Origin: Phoronis australis
Taxonomy: Eukaryota; Animalia; Phoronida
Reading direction: 5' to 3'
DNA length: 64,000 bases
Assembly: GCA_002633005.1 (NCBI GenBank)
Contig: NMRA01000370.1
Coordinates: 124,001 to 188,000 of the forward strand
The notes under the pieces are model-generated. The model was not told the DNA's origin. It worked only from the letters and a program-made list of their open reading frames with translations, and searched no databases. The translations under genes and the position numbers were made by a program. Of this stretch, positions 50,901 through 63,321 are shown in pieces (the first letter of the stretch is position 1; the number at the start of each line of letters is the position of its first letter).

Positions 50901-53900
50901 CCACAGACTAACTTACGAATATATTGTCAATCCATTTACCTTGGTTGCTAGGATACACCACATTGTAACCTGGCAACGGTAGAACAACATCGTGAATACT
51001 ATAACTGTGTAGATCTTCTTCTGTGAGTGGTGAAGGCTTGACCTTAATGTCGTCTACAAAGTAAAATACATCACACAGTGAATTCACAATAAAAACTAAA
51101 AATAGAACTTTAAAAAACAGGATTTCTGTTTCATCTTATTTCAAATTCTAAAGGCCATGAAGGTAGACTTAACGACGACAGAAATTTAATCGTGTTCATT
51201 TTTTACAGCACTCCATCATTTGGACATACCACTGTGCAACAATAGTGTTTTGACAGCACAATGATTGCAAAGAATTTAAAAAAGCTATGAAATTCTACCG
51301 CTTCAAAATCTCTGTTCAAGTTGCATGTAAACATTAGATGGCGTTGCAGGTTGCACACAAAATACTCTACTGCCACCTAGTGACAGCTTATTTCAACTTG
51401 TCAAAATGGTTATTGTTGAAATATGTCAAAAATACGGAAAAGTTTGGAAAGCATGCGCGCACCCCGGGGGGGCTAGAATTCCTGACTTTGCGGACCTTTT
51501 GCTAACAAAAGAGCGGGCAGACTAAAAAAAACGGGTGCACCAGTGTGAATTGCGCATTTGCGCTTTTTAGTGCACTTTTGTCTCGTTTTTTCGGACTTTT
51601 TGTTTCTCGTGGGCGGAACTTTTTGCCCACTTCACCAAAATGGGGGCTCATTCGAGCCTCCCGAACCCCCCCTGGATGCGCGCATGGAAAGCCAGTAAGC
51701 AGTGAATTACCTGCTTGTCACATGGCATGAGGATATCAGAATTTATCTGCCCTTGGTTTTAAGAAACAAATTTCAATGTTAAAAGCACTATATTGTTAGG
51801 GATCATTATCAGTGTTACTGTTATTATCATCATTAGTGTTATTCGTGCAGTTTTCCCATTTCCACAAACCTTCCCTCTACATGTGGTTTGTTCTGGGGTA
51901 ATTAAGACTGGTACCTTGTGACTGAATAAAATAAAACTGCTCAGATTTATTGCTAAACACTGGCCACAGAAAAAAAAGCTCACTCAAAAGGACCAACATA
52001 GAAGTTGTGCCAGCAAAATGAAAGCTTCATACAACACAAAATCCATAAAATCTGATTCATTACTCTAACGCAGAGTAATTCCTGAATAACGTATTTCTTT
52101 TCTGACACATTTCATACTGCCAAATACGGTAGTGTATACTACTAATCTTCTGACAATATCTTTTGCCTCCACCTAGTGGTGAGAAAAGAATTTAGGGGTA
52201 AGAATCCTCCATGACACCAGTACCATGGTTACCTATTTCTTTCAACACCAGGTCTCCAATGATGGGCTTGTGCCCCAGTTCACGTATCCGCCTAGACACC
52301 ATATTGTTCCACACATAACTTTGGAAGCTGTGCACGTACATCATCCGCGCGTTTCTGGGAATCTGTAGCGAATCATAAGGCAGAATTTGGCGAAATGATT
52401 AAGATTTACAAGATGCGCAAATTTCTCGAAGCAGCAATTACTTAATACACAATACATTGAAAAGTAAATTAGATTTTCAGTAGCAAATCAAAAAAAAAAC
52501 AAGACTTTAAGATAAATTACTCGTATAGCTCAAACCCTGGAAACAACAAAGGTCCCCAGTTTAAAAAAATAAATAAAACAGGCAGTAAGTCTTTTAAGAA
52601 ATCCCAAGAAACAATCAGTGTTGCCTCGCTATATCAGTGTTAAATCAAGGATAAGAGTTATTTTTATCAAACACATGTTTAATGAAGCACGTTCCAAACT
52701 GTGACTTGCAATGTTCTACTGACAATACTACTGTGCCTGATCCATGAAAGTTGGAGCTAGTACCCATCAGGTGGTCAATGCCCCAAATCAAACTTGGGTG
52801 TCTGGATACAGGTAATAATGGCTTTATCATTACATGGATGACACATCATCATATTTCAACCATCACATCTAAGCCATAGGCTAAGAGACGCTTCTAGAAT
52901 TTGCAATCCACTCACTTGCTGTATTGCACTAAGAAAATCCTTTTTATGATTCCGCGCCAATCCTTCCAACAGGTGGCGCTCTACACACTGTCGACCCAGA
53001 GATTTCAGAGCAGCACGGGGGTTATGCGTTTCCTGCCATACCCGTCGACATTCCCCAATACTGTCTTTGTCTGCAAAAACAACAGTCACCTAAGCTAAAA
53101 ATTACCAAATGTTCTCTGCATTTTGAGACTATTCCTGTCGACATATTTTATGCGATCAGCGTATTTTTTGAAAATTCCAAATCGCACCATGAGATTGAGG
53201 CCCAACATACAAAACCAAAATGTTAAAGAAGATATGAACCTTCCTTTCATCAAAAATTCTAACTTTTGATTAGAGCCCACTTTAACAGTATGGAGTCGAC
53301 TTGTTCCTTAATCAGTTAGGAAGCTTGGAAATAACCGTCACTTTGTTACTCCTTCTGCCTAGGCTCGCTGCATAAAATGACCCGCAGGTTCAAGCTCGCT
53401 TAAAGAGCCCAGAAAGCACTTATAAAAATGTGAAGAATTATTTTATTACAGGAAAAGATCTAAATCAAAAGACAGATTTTTGACAGAAGGCAAGTTTAAA
53501 GTCCCACGTAAATGAATTTTTTGCACTGGCAAGTTAAGAAAAAAAATAAATAGGTATCCATCACAAGGGTTATGGAAACAATGATATTCTCATCTAAAAT
53601 GTCTAAAACGCAAAAAAATGGATCAATGGCTTTACTGTCGCTTAACAACAAAAAGTGAAAAGTGTTGATGTGGAGTATTACACCACTTTTAAAGTAATTA
53701 CCATTTCCTTGCCGCTAGCACCAAATATTGTCATTCACATGGTATTAGTTATCTCCCATGTATGTTTTGATTTCCCACCATGCTTTGGGGTTTCCTTCTT
53801 ACTTTTGCAGTGCTGAACATCATGTCAACTTCACTGGACTTAATCTGCACGCTTCCAACTTTAACACATGCAGTTTACCAAATTCTTAATGCTCCACTCA

Positions 53901-56900
53901 CCATCTGCTCGCGGCTTCATAATGAGGTCAACCGCCGTTTCCCATTGACTGTGAAGTAAGGCCCTGTCACACAAAAGGTAAACAAAAACCACTCACAATA
54001 AGGCCGAGAGGAAGATTATCAAGCAAAAGCTGGCCAGTCGTTGATCATCCAAAAATTCAAAGAGATCACAAACATCATCATGAAACTGGGTCTCTAATTG
54101 TTTCACAGTCAAAATAGGTGCGATCTTTCGACTTGGAAAGAACTGACAGTAAGTTATTGCCCGAGACCCGGGTGAGCATCTTGTCACAGCGCGTCAGTTT
54201 ATTTGTCGAGTGCGGTCACAAGGAGTACACGAACAGTCAGTTCTTTGCAAGACCAAGAATTCCTTTTCATAGAAGTAAGGAACAAATTTAGATAAATTTT
54301 ATATTGGTTAGTGGTCCAAATCAAAATTTTATTTCTTTGACGGAATGCGAGTTTGTTGCCGCTTTCAGCACACAGTCAATATTGCTGTAAAACTATAAAA
54401 TAATGATTAATAACCCATTTACTAGGTACAAGATGAATAAGTCAACCTAATCTACAGTGGCGGATCTACGCTTTCACCAAGGGGGGGTTTAGGATTCCCG
54501 CCATGGTCGAATCGTAGGCGCGTGGCGCCGAGCGGGGGAGGTCGGGAGGGGGATTTCCCCTCCCGTGTAAGATATTTTTTGTTTTTGTAACCAAATAGTA
54601 AAATTTCAATGCATCCTGGAAAGTTTCTGGCACTTAACATGTCTCTGAAGTTTTTCTTAAGATAATTAAAAACCCTTCTAGATTTAGTCACATGAACTTG
54701 GCACATAAGTTTCGTGGAACCATATTGTGCACATCAGGGTATGAGTCACGCCACCAGCAAACATTTTTGTTGGAACATCTGCTTACACACACCTTTTTAG
54801 CATACGAAAAGTTGTATACGAAAAAGTGTGGTGTATACCGGGGTTTAGACAATTTCCAAATATTCAAGAGCATAATTAAGGAGCACCGACAGGGCGTAAA
54901 AACTTGAATATCAGATGATCACGTAACAGCAGCCTCAAGTTGTTTAAGAACGAAGACCTGTACTGTTCGTCTCGTTACGAGAAAAACTGGCGAACAATGG
55001 TGCTCTCAACTCATAGTCTATTATTAAAAGCGACAATAAATAATTAGGCATCACTTTATTAAGCTGAATCACGATGACAACAATTGAAAAACGTCAAATC
55101 TATCAGGAAACGAATCATCTGAAAACAGTTTCACGAAACCAAAACATCCTGTGCACAGTGGTGAAAAGATACATTGGACTAGATTGCAGAGGGACCAGAT
55201 GTACAATGAGAGTACACAAAAAGCTGACCTGGTCCGTCACGAGACCAAGAGTACACCTGTGCTTATTATCCCTATAAAAATAGTCGATCTGTCGCGGGAC
55301 CAAACAGTACTGGCTGAAATAAATAGTTTTACAAAGCACACTTTGGTAAAAAATTCACAAGACTAGTTCGCCGAGGGACCAGAAGTACACTGAAACTCAA
55401 CATCTACACAAATCAAGCTGGCCTGGTCAGTCGTGAGACCTAAAGTGTACTATGCAAAAAATTTTGAATTGTAAACTTATCTCTAAAATTTTAATCCCCA
55501 GTGGTTACTCATACGTTAGTCCTATCCTTCTGTTGTCTAGACTGTCGAGGAATTTGTATATCGGATCCAATGATTTACTCGTCTTGGAACCATTCTACCC
55601 AGATATCTTCGATGTTTGTTCCCAACGCTTGCACTTCGTCAACTGCTGTGTCAATGAGCTTGTAAGCCTCTACAATGTCAGCATCTCCTTTCGCAGCTCA
55701 GTTGACACTAAGACCCTTGAGGTTGCCAAGTCCATTCGAAAGACTTATATGCGCAACTAAATTTTATCCGTTCATCATGTATTACTTCAAACCTTGACGA
55801 AGCATCCCAGGACCTATTTGCATCTCTTGCAATTTTCGAAATAAACGTCCCAATGTCTGAACGCATGAAACCCGAAGTACTAATATCAAATAAATGCCCA
55901 TGGGCATGAGCATTTCATCGGGTGAGCCTTTCTGCGGAAATTCCCAGTATAGAAGACGGCAGTGTGGTTATTGCAGGTAGATAGACGGTAGGTGTTGAGG
56001 TCGGCACTAGGGCTCCTTAGGAGGCCTATTGAACATCGCACGAGTCCCGCAAGACTTTGTTGTGAAAGAACAGCCTCCCCGCAATTTCTGGTACTGTACA
56101 CTTTTCGCGAATGCGGTCACTTTCTCAATGTGAGTGCCCCCTTGGTCATTCCTTGTATAGACATAACTTGTCATAGAGAGTGTCTTCAAACGGACTCGCG
56201 ACCAGACCACGGCGCCCGCCACAATAGCATTTCTTCGGAAAAAGAATTTTTTTCAAAAATGTTACATGTACATGTACACAATATTACGTGTACATGTACA
56301 CTGTATGATATTGCGCAAGACAACTTTACTATACATCAGTTACAGACGTGTGGAGTGTAATAGAATGACACAGCATGACAGATGAGGTAAAAACGTTGCA
56401 CGTTAAGTCGCCTGAATATCAGGGTTCCGGCACCACAGTATTTCTCCTAATCAAATCAAAACATATCTTAGAGTAAAGAAGCTAGTTACCTAAAGAAATC
56501 AGCTATAGAACTGCTCTTTCAGCGGTGAATCCATCTAAAATGCTTGGCTACTTTAGAAGTGTCGACGGAAGCGCGGGCACAATAAATCCCCGCGCGTTTT
56601 GCCGATGAGCCACAAAGACTCAGCAATTCACAATGCAAAAAACTATATTTTCAGAGTGAACCCCCCTCATTTTTTTCCAAGTTGGTTTACTTGGGGTTTA
56701 CACACGCTGGCGGTGCAGTTTTGTTTTGCTTGAGACGCTTTTTTTTTTTTTTTTTTTTTTTAATTTTTGGGTCCTGGCCCGAGGGGGGGTTTAAACCCCC
56801 TGAACCCCCCCGTAGATCCGCCACTGTAATCTATATTATCCTTAATTTTTTGTTAAAAATATATTAACATATAAACAACAAACTTTCCAATCTCATGAGT

Positions 56901-59900
56901 GGGTACACTTGTCGTTCCAAATCTCTGCATGCCATAGTAGTTGATTAAACCGACCGTTTCAAGTGACTTCATAGCTGTTTCCACCTGCTTTTCACAGCAG
57001 TCTGTATTTCTGTAATACATCACAAAATCATAAATTTCCTAAAGACGGAGCTGAACCCATGGCTAAAAGTATTGCCTTTTTATTTTTGAAGGGTTTTTGA
57101 CACTGTGATTTCATACAATTTTTCAAAATACTCTGTGATGGTGGCTCATAGTTCAAAATTGAAGACAGAGACGCATTTAATCTGTAGCCGCGTGTCTTTC
57201 ATGGAAAAAATTTAAAAATACAATTTCACTTGCCAACTATATCATGTCCTGAATACGTGAGATTTTGATGCAACTTTAAAGCACTGCGCATCACAAATGC
57301 GAGTTGAATTTTCAAAAACCAAAGAAAAAAAAGATTCCCAGTTTTCATTTTAAGTTAATGAGTATCACAGATCCAAGAATGATGTATGAAGTTGCCGTGC
57401 GTTCATAATGAAAGTTAGTTTCTAGGCCCTTCAGTGGGAACTCAGCGTATGCTTCAGTTTTGTATCTTGATCTTACGTTGTGATTTTCATTTTTTGTGAC
57501 TTCTATGCTCATCATACAGATGGGTGTTATTCAGACTTGATGTAACCTATGTCGCAGTAGTATCAAAAATAAAATACAATGCAATACAACACAATACAAT
57601 ATACAATCCAACGGCATTACATGCCACAAGTCGCAAGACATCTGCATTGTACACAATTAGATTCCGCTAAAACAAACATTTTTGAAAGGTCCCGAGAGGG
57701 TTGTAATGCGGTTCGCTTACAGTATAGAGCAGATAAATGCAAAAAGATCTCTCAGTTCAGACACATACATCAGGGGTTCATCCGCACACAGCAGAGCACG
57801 ATCTATTACAGTTCAGCTGTAATCATTCATACAGTTATACCTGGGTGATTGGACTGATTGGACAACCGGCAAAACCTTAACAATTTCAGACAAAAATAAT
57901 ACTCAAAATAGCTCTCTTTCTTCATTTTTAAGGGCATCTAACATTGCCATGAACTATAACAAAATTTTTTCAAAATATTGTCTGTTAGTAGATATGGTAA
58001 AGTGCTAGAATATGGCAAAGCAGTATTTTGGCACCATGCATCATTTACAAAAAATAAGGAAATATAATATCACCTGTCCACAATATTGTGTCCTAAATTT
58101 GTGAGATTTTATGTTACTACACTTATTTACGTTATATGAAAACCTACGCATACCTCAGTACGATAGAGAAATGATTGCCACTCAGATCACCCAGCTTGAT
58201 GTTGTGTTTGGTGAAACTACAAAAACACAAGAGCAAAATGTCAGAACAACTGCGCTTCAATAAACAAAATGGATATCAAGGCCATGAAGACGATGAAACT
58301 GCAGTTGACACTCGACATGAAAATAGACAAATTGGGAGCCATGCTTAGTGTGACAGTTTCAAAGAAAGTTAGGTGGTCTCAGCTCCCCCTTTCAGGTAAG
58401 TATTGAGATAATAACAAAGGCATAAGGCTATAATGCATTACGTATACAATCCTTTTGACATGCTGCCAACAATTAAATTTGAGACTTTTAACTCTTAAAA
58501 GACCAAAGTCAAGTGTCATAGGACACACACACAATTGAGTGACATGTCCAGACTGTTAAAAGTCAATTCTTGATTATTGTTCAAAGCTAAAAATTTTTTT
58601 AGAGTTATGCAATACCTGGTAGAACACTTCTCTGCCTATGTTTTTGTGACTGTTTGCCATATCCAATAAACTATTCATAAGAAAATACCAGTCTCATGTC
58701 AAGGAATAATAAACACTTCAAAACTTTCACACTCTTTTCCAGTGCCATCAGAGGCACCACTGTGGATTGATCATGTAACAAGGCTTCTCATTGGTTAACA
58801 GAATGGAGTAACATTCGGACACTACGATTGGTTGGAAAATAAAACTCAAACATTCTGACTGGTTGATGTTGAGAAATGCATCAGCATACTGCCTAATATG
58901 AGGATTGCATTTGTTGGAACCACAAGAACAGACTAGATCAATGCATAACATACAAGTTTGTGTTGCTTGGCACATACAAGGTTACAAGAACAGACTAGAT
59001 CAATGCATAACACACAAGTTTGTGTTGCTTGGCACACACAAGGTTACAAGAACAGACTAGATCAATGCATAACACACAAGTTTGTGTTGCTTGGCACACA
59101 CAAGGTTACAGAAACAGACTAGATCAATGCATAACACACAAGTTTGTGTTGCTTGGAACACACAAGGTTACAAGAACAGACTAGATCAATGCATTACACA
59201 CAAGTTTGTGTTGCTTGGCACATGCAAGGTTACAAGAAGTCAAACAAAACAACAAAATGATTAACTATACTTTTCTGGATAATTCTTGCACCATACATAT
59301 ACAACAAACATTCAACCATGAAGTGCACGTTGACGCTTACACACGAAATTCCATGTCATCCTTCCTCATTTCACAGGGCTACATTTCCACTAGGTGGTAC
59401 TGGCACTATGACAGAGAGTACTTAAACATTAAGAGTAACAACACATTATTAAAGAAGACTGTCATACCTGAAGTTGCCCAGTACAACACCACTCAGGGAT
59501 TTGTTGAGCTCCACCAACTTGGCTGGCATGATTTTGTAGGACGTCACAAGCTGTGAAGTCTTCGCTCGCTTGTCTTTTGTCCCAGCATAGCCAAACATGT
59601 TGGGCTTCAAGCTGAATACAAGATGAATGACAACTTAATAGCAGTACCACCACCACCACCACCACCACCACCACCAGCAGCAAAAACAAAATCCGCAACA
59701 GCAGTAACAGTAACACTTAAATCACTATCTTAAACAAAAACTAGGTTGTCAACAAATGGCGCAAATCATTATTCATCAGAGCAAATGAATTGAACAACTG
59801 GACCATCATTTTTTCCTTCTGAACATCGTATTTAAATTTTACAGATATCATATTCTTCTGCAAGTGGGCTGTAGCAGCAGAATTAGAGAAGGAAAATGGA

Positions 59901-62900
59901 AACTCGAATTGATTTTAAAAAATGCCATAATGGAACACTATAACTTAATATTCAATAATTAAACCTCTTACGCATTTATGAAAACTTCCGAGAACTATGT
60001 TCAATGGTATCACATTTTCACAATCTGTACTGTTGTTGCACCAATAGTGTTTATTCCTAGTCAACTGGCACCTACTGGAGAAATCGAGCTACAGTGCTGA
60101 TGGAATCCAATGTGTCCTTTCCCTCCTTGTACAACACAAAACGACAATAGTTCCCCAGTTTTTTAGGCCATTGGTTCTTAGCGGAGTCAGCACCACCTAC
60201 AGAGATACGTTAAATATCAGATTGAGCCAATACGGCAAGAACGCAAACTCTGACATTAGTAAAATTCTGGATAAAGTTGACACATTAGAACATTGACATA
60301 TTGGAATAGTAATAAGAGGGAGGGGTGGCTGAAAGGAACCAGAGAGATATGGAAGAAGGCTGGAACAGAGATGGAGATTGAGGGAAGGTAAAAGAGATTA
60401 AGACAGAGGGAGAGGGAGGGAATGACAGAATGAAACAGAGACACAGGGAGGGAGAAAGAAAGAGAGAGACAGAGACAGAGAGGGAAAAAGAAAAAAGGGC
60501 AGATAAAAACAGATGTGACAAGAAATTTTCTTACTCCTTCCAGAAAATGTCCCTTCATTGTAGCCGACTCTAATGACCTTTCGCCCAGCAATCTCCTCAG
60601 TAGCACTAAATAGGCCTGTATACAATCTCCGTATAGCCTGGTGTACGGCTGTTCTCTTCGCCTTGTCATCACCCACCTAATGTACATACCAAGACACTCG
60701 GTAAGAAGACGATAGCATGAAATACATCACTGGATTTCGTTCGCACATTTCCAATTTCTCACTTAAACCGAGCACAAATTTTGTTTCGCCACATTTATTG
60801 CACTTTAAACTTACAGTCCTTAATTTGCATGTAAATATTTCAACTTCACTTTTAACGAAATCTTCATAGAATTCAGGTAACATACTCTTGCAGTGGTAAC
60901 GGAGTTGATTGCAGTCAATACCAACTTCCCCGCTGACTCTTAACCTAATACATATATCTACAACCTTGTGTTAATTGGTAATTTGCAGTCACAATATATC
61001 ATTCGCAACATATCTAATCAGAACAAAAGTGATTTTTCTTTCACCAAATAAACACTTCAAATAATCAGCACTCCATTCACATTTCAAAATCAAGTCAAGA
61101 AATATCCTCAGTTCACTTCCTTAGAACTCAACACCGCCCGTACCTCGATATCAACGTGCTTGGTCTTGTCACCGGACTCAACCAGCTGAGTCAGCTGTAC
61201 TTTCACATCCTCAGACAGAGCATCGTCCTCAAATATTTCCACTTGGTTGTCTGGTATGGACGTGTCAGTCAGGCGCACGATCTCTCCTCGCTCGTCAATT
61301 TCATTGACCAAGAAATCGGAGTACCTTAAAGGCCATAATGAGGTCAACAAATTAATATTTTGTTAAGTCTCTTCTAAACCCATCGCTGCAATGAAATGCC
61401 AAGAAAGAGGGGACATAACAACATCAAAAGCCTGATGTGATTCTTTCAGCAACATTCTCAAGCTAAATTCGAGTGAATTCATCTACTGGGCTGCCGTCGT
61501 TTTTCAAACTTACTGTACTGCGCGATGGTTGTCAGCTTGTAAGCATTCGGTGACATCACAGAGAAGTCAGGACCCCGCAATCTGATTTATAACATTGGAG
61601 ATTTATGTGGTGAGATTTTATTCAAGTGTGATTGGATGGCGCATGCCTCAAGAATTTTTCACGCAAAAGTTTGGAAACCCACGGAATCGCTAAAACTACC
61701 TCTTCAAAAGCAGCCGAAAGCTGAGCCAAATACCACGAGTATTTTAAGCGTATTTAAATAATAAAGCCACTGTCCATGATTTCAGTGAAAGTCTGGCAGG
61801 CAGTCAGTTAAGAACTATTGGGTTTGTAACAAATATAAGGACCATCCCAAATACAAATTACCGAGACCTAATCCATGCAACAAAACTTTGCTTTACGAGA
61901 GAAATAACACTGCTCTTACTTCGTTTACATTTTTCTCACAAATACCTTTGTTTGATTACTCCATGGAATCCAGAGTGATCACTGATATATTCCGATATGC
62001 CAACGTCTGTCTCTGCCATGCTCCAACTGGCTGACCCAGTTTGCTGTGAGGATGAACAACACAGACTAGTCTCATTAGGCTTATTCTCCAAAGGCTGGTC
62101 TGTCGGGTGGACTGGTTCTTCGCAACAGGAGGCGCTGCTGTCCTTCTTTTCATCAAGGTCAAGTCGCGGCAACTTGGACGCTGGACCATCATCCTCTTCA
62201 GCGGAAACAGTCACAAAGTAGTACATTACAATTCTTTGACAAAATATCACTATTAGACCAAATAATGGAACTTTCATAATTTTATTTTGCCATTCGCTAG
62301 AAGTAAACCTCATCTTTGAACTCGATGTTTTTCGTTCTACAAGTTAGTACAAACACATAGTTTTGGTGTGTTTGAGTGCAATGAAATTAATGCAGATGAG
62401 TGTCTCGTCCAACAATGCACTTGATGACCCCTAGCTAAAAGCAAGTCACTTATGAACAAGAACCACTGTTTCCCAGGCATAAAAGAGTAAATTTTCTTAC
62501 TAAGAAATTTACTGTGACACTGACAAACACTGGCAGTGAACAGGTGGATTTTTCTACGATATTTTCAGTTTTAAGAGTTGATATCCAGTTTAGAAATGAG
62601 CAGTTAAGAGAACATTAAAAAATGCTAATATCAAGTGGCTGCAAGTTTTTGATCGGACTATTAACAATCATCCAGACAAAAATCTTGCTTGTGGCCTGGT
62701 GTTGTACCCTAATCTTGACTGACTTGAGTCTAGTTTTCGTGACTTTCTTGACTTGAAAGTTGAAATTATGGAGCAAGAAACAGATTGGGGACCTCTTGTC
62801 AGTCTTGTCAGATAATTTATTGCAGTAAGTCAATAGAAGCTGAAATTTGGAAATTAACCGACATTAAGCAAACTTTAGTAACAATGACATCTCATAAAAT

Positions 62901-62993
62901 TGTCTAAATAGAGAAATTAGCCCTCCTAGGCATATAAGCCCTATATATAAAATTAAACTTACCAGAAAATGCTTCGCTCATGGGGGACGCCAT
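47935..62993 (-). CDS. PUS7: Pseudouridylate synthase 7 (TruD family), 15 coding exons, 644 aa
   Basis: GT-AG exons, 5' to 3': 62993-62963, 62195-61946, 61324-61144, 60676-60535, 60196-60076, 59611-59468, 58216-58154, 57009-56884, 53963-53902, 53070-52916, 52362-52233, 51053-50940, 49984-49918, 48491-48340, 48131-47935. Total 1935 nt, in frame. Motifs: [43 protein letters not shown] (catalytic Asp), [69 protein letters not shown]. Exon 1 and the exon-2 acceptor are the least certain parts. Confidence 0.95.
49133..49582. mobile_element. hAT-like MITE, copy B, with a 6-bp TSD, in PUS7 intron 13
   Basis: AAAATT|CAGGGCTTGGAAT ... ATCCCAAGCCCTG|AAAATT. Same family as 46240-46749, opposite orientation. 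Confidence 0.8.
51452..51686. mobile_element. 235-bp MITE with a 5-bp TSD, in PUS7 intron 11
   Basis: GAAAG|CATGCGCGCACCCCGGGGGGG ... CCCCCCCTGGATGCGCGCATG|GAAAG. Confidence 0.8.
54455..56826 (-). mobile_element. 2.37-kb hAT-superfamily transposon with a decayed transposase, in PUS7 intron 8
   Basis: Perfect 16-bp TIRs CAGTGGCGGATCTACG / CGTAGATCCGCCACTG and a 7-bp TSD TAATCTA. Confidence 0.88.
55575..56230 (-). pseudogene. Degenerate hAT transposase fragment (THAP12/PRKRIR-ZMYM1-like)
   Basis: The minus strand 55760-55575 reads [60 protein letters not shown], which resembles the L..LS..LQ....DI..A...I..V...L....N......WF..A helical region of these transposases. Upstream remnants (AIVAGA..RLKTL..YVY, SWDASSR) are interrupted by stops and frameshifts. 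Confidence 0.6.
58922..59237. repeat. 62-bp minisatellite, 5 full copies, in PUS7 intron 6
   Basis: Unit ACAAGAACAGACTAGATCAATGCATAACACACAAGTTTGTGTTGCTTGGCACACACAAGGTT starts at 58922, 58984, 59046, 59108 and 59170. Confidence 0.92.
59646..59676. repeat. (ACC)10 microsatellite
   Basis: An uninterrupted ACC run about 35 bp upstream of the acceptor of the PUS7 catalytic exon. Confidence 0.9.
60311..60500. repeat. Purine-rich (GA) low-complexity tract
   Basis: GAGA/GGGAG/GACA-rich sequence in PUS7 intron 4. It explains the S/L/F-rich spurious ORFs. Confidence 0.75.
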
Positions 62994-63002
62994 TATGGGA
63001 AA

Positions 63003-63010
63003 TGACGTCA
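63003..63010. promoter_or_regulatory. CRE palindrome in the PUS7/tRNA divergent promoter region
   Basis: TGACGTCA 10 bp upstream of the PUS7 ATG. The ATG itself lies in a YY1-like AATGGCG context. Confidence 0.4.
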
Positions 63011-63200
63011 AGGTTAGCATTCAACAGAAATATTTAGCTTTATCAGCCCTATTGTGTAAATTAGTTGTCTAAGAGCTTCATGACACCTAACCTACATATT
63101 ATGTAAATGATGAGGGAGTAAGTGCATATATAGCTCGGTATTAGGATTAAATTTATTGCAATTGAATAAGTATTATAAAATACCTGTAGTGTACAAGACT

Positions 63201-63317
63201 GTCAGGATGGCCGAGCGGTCTAAGGCGCCAGACTCAAGGATAATCCTTGCCTGAAGTACAGGTTGTGGGCGTTCTGGTCATCGAATGATGGCGTGGGTTC
63301 GAATCCCACTCCTGACA
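63201..63317 (+). tRNA. tRNA-Leu(CAA) with a 33-nt intron (63239-63271)
   Basis: GTCAGGATGGCCGAGCGGTCTAAGGCGCCAGACTCAAG-[intron]-TTCTGGTCATCGAATGATGGCGTGGGTTCGAATCCCACTCCTGACA. The acceptor stem is perfect (GTCAGGA/TCCTGAC), A- and B-boxes are present, the variable arm is long, and the intron lies at the canonical 37/38 position. Confidence 0.97.
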
Positions 63318-63321
63318 TTAC

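Noticed and set aside
58922-59237. Regular repeat array (also 134-280) as a possible CRISPR
   Set aside because: Units are directly adjacent with no unique spacers, no cas genes are present, and the context is a eukaryotic intron.
60256-60687. 143-aa hydrophobic ORF and its neighbours
   Set aside because: Alternate frames of PUS7 exon 4 running into a CT-rich low-complexity intron tract.
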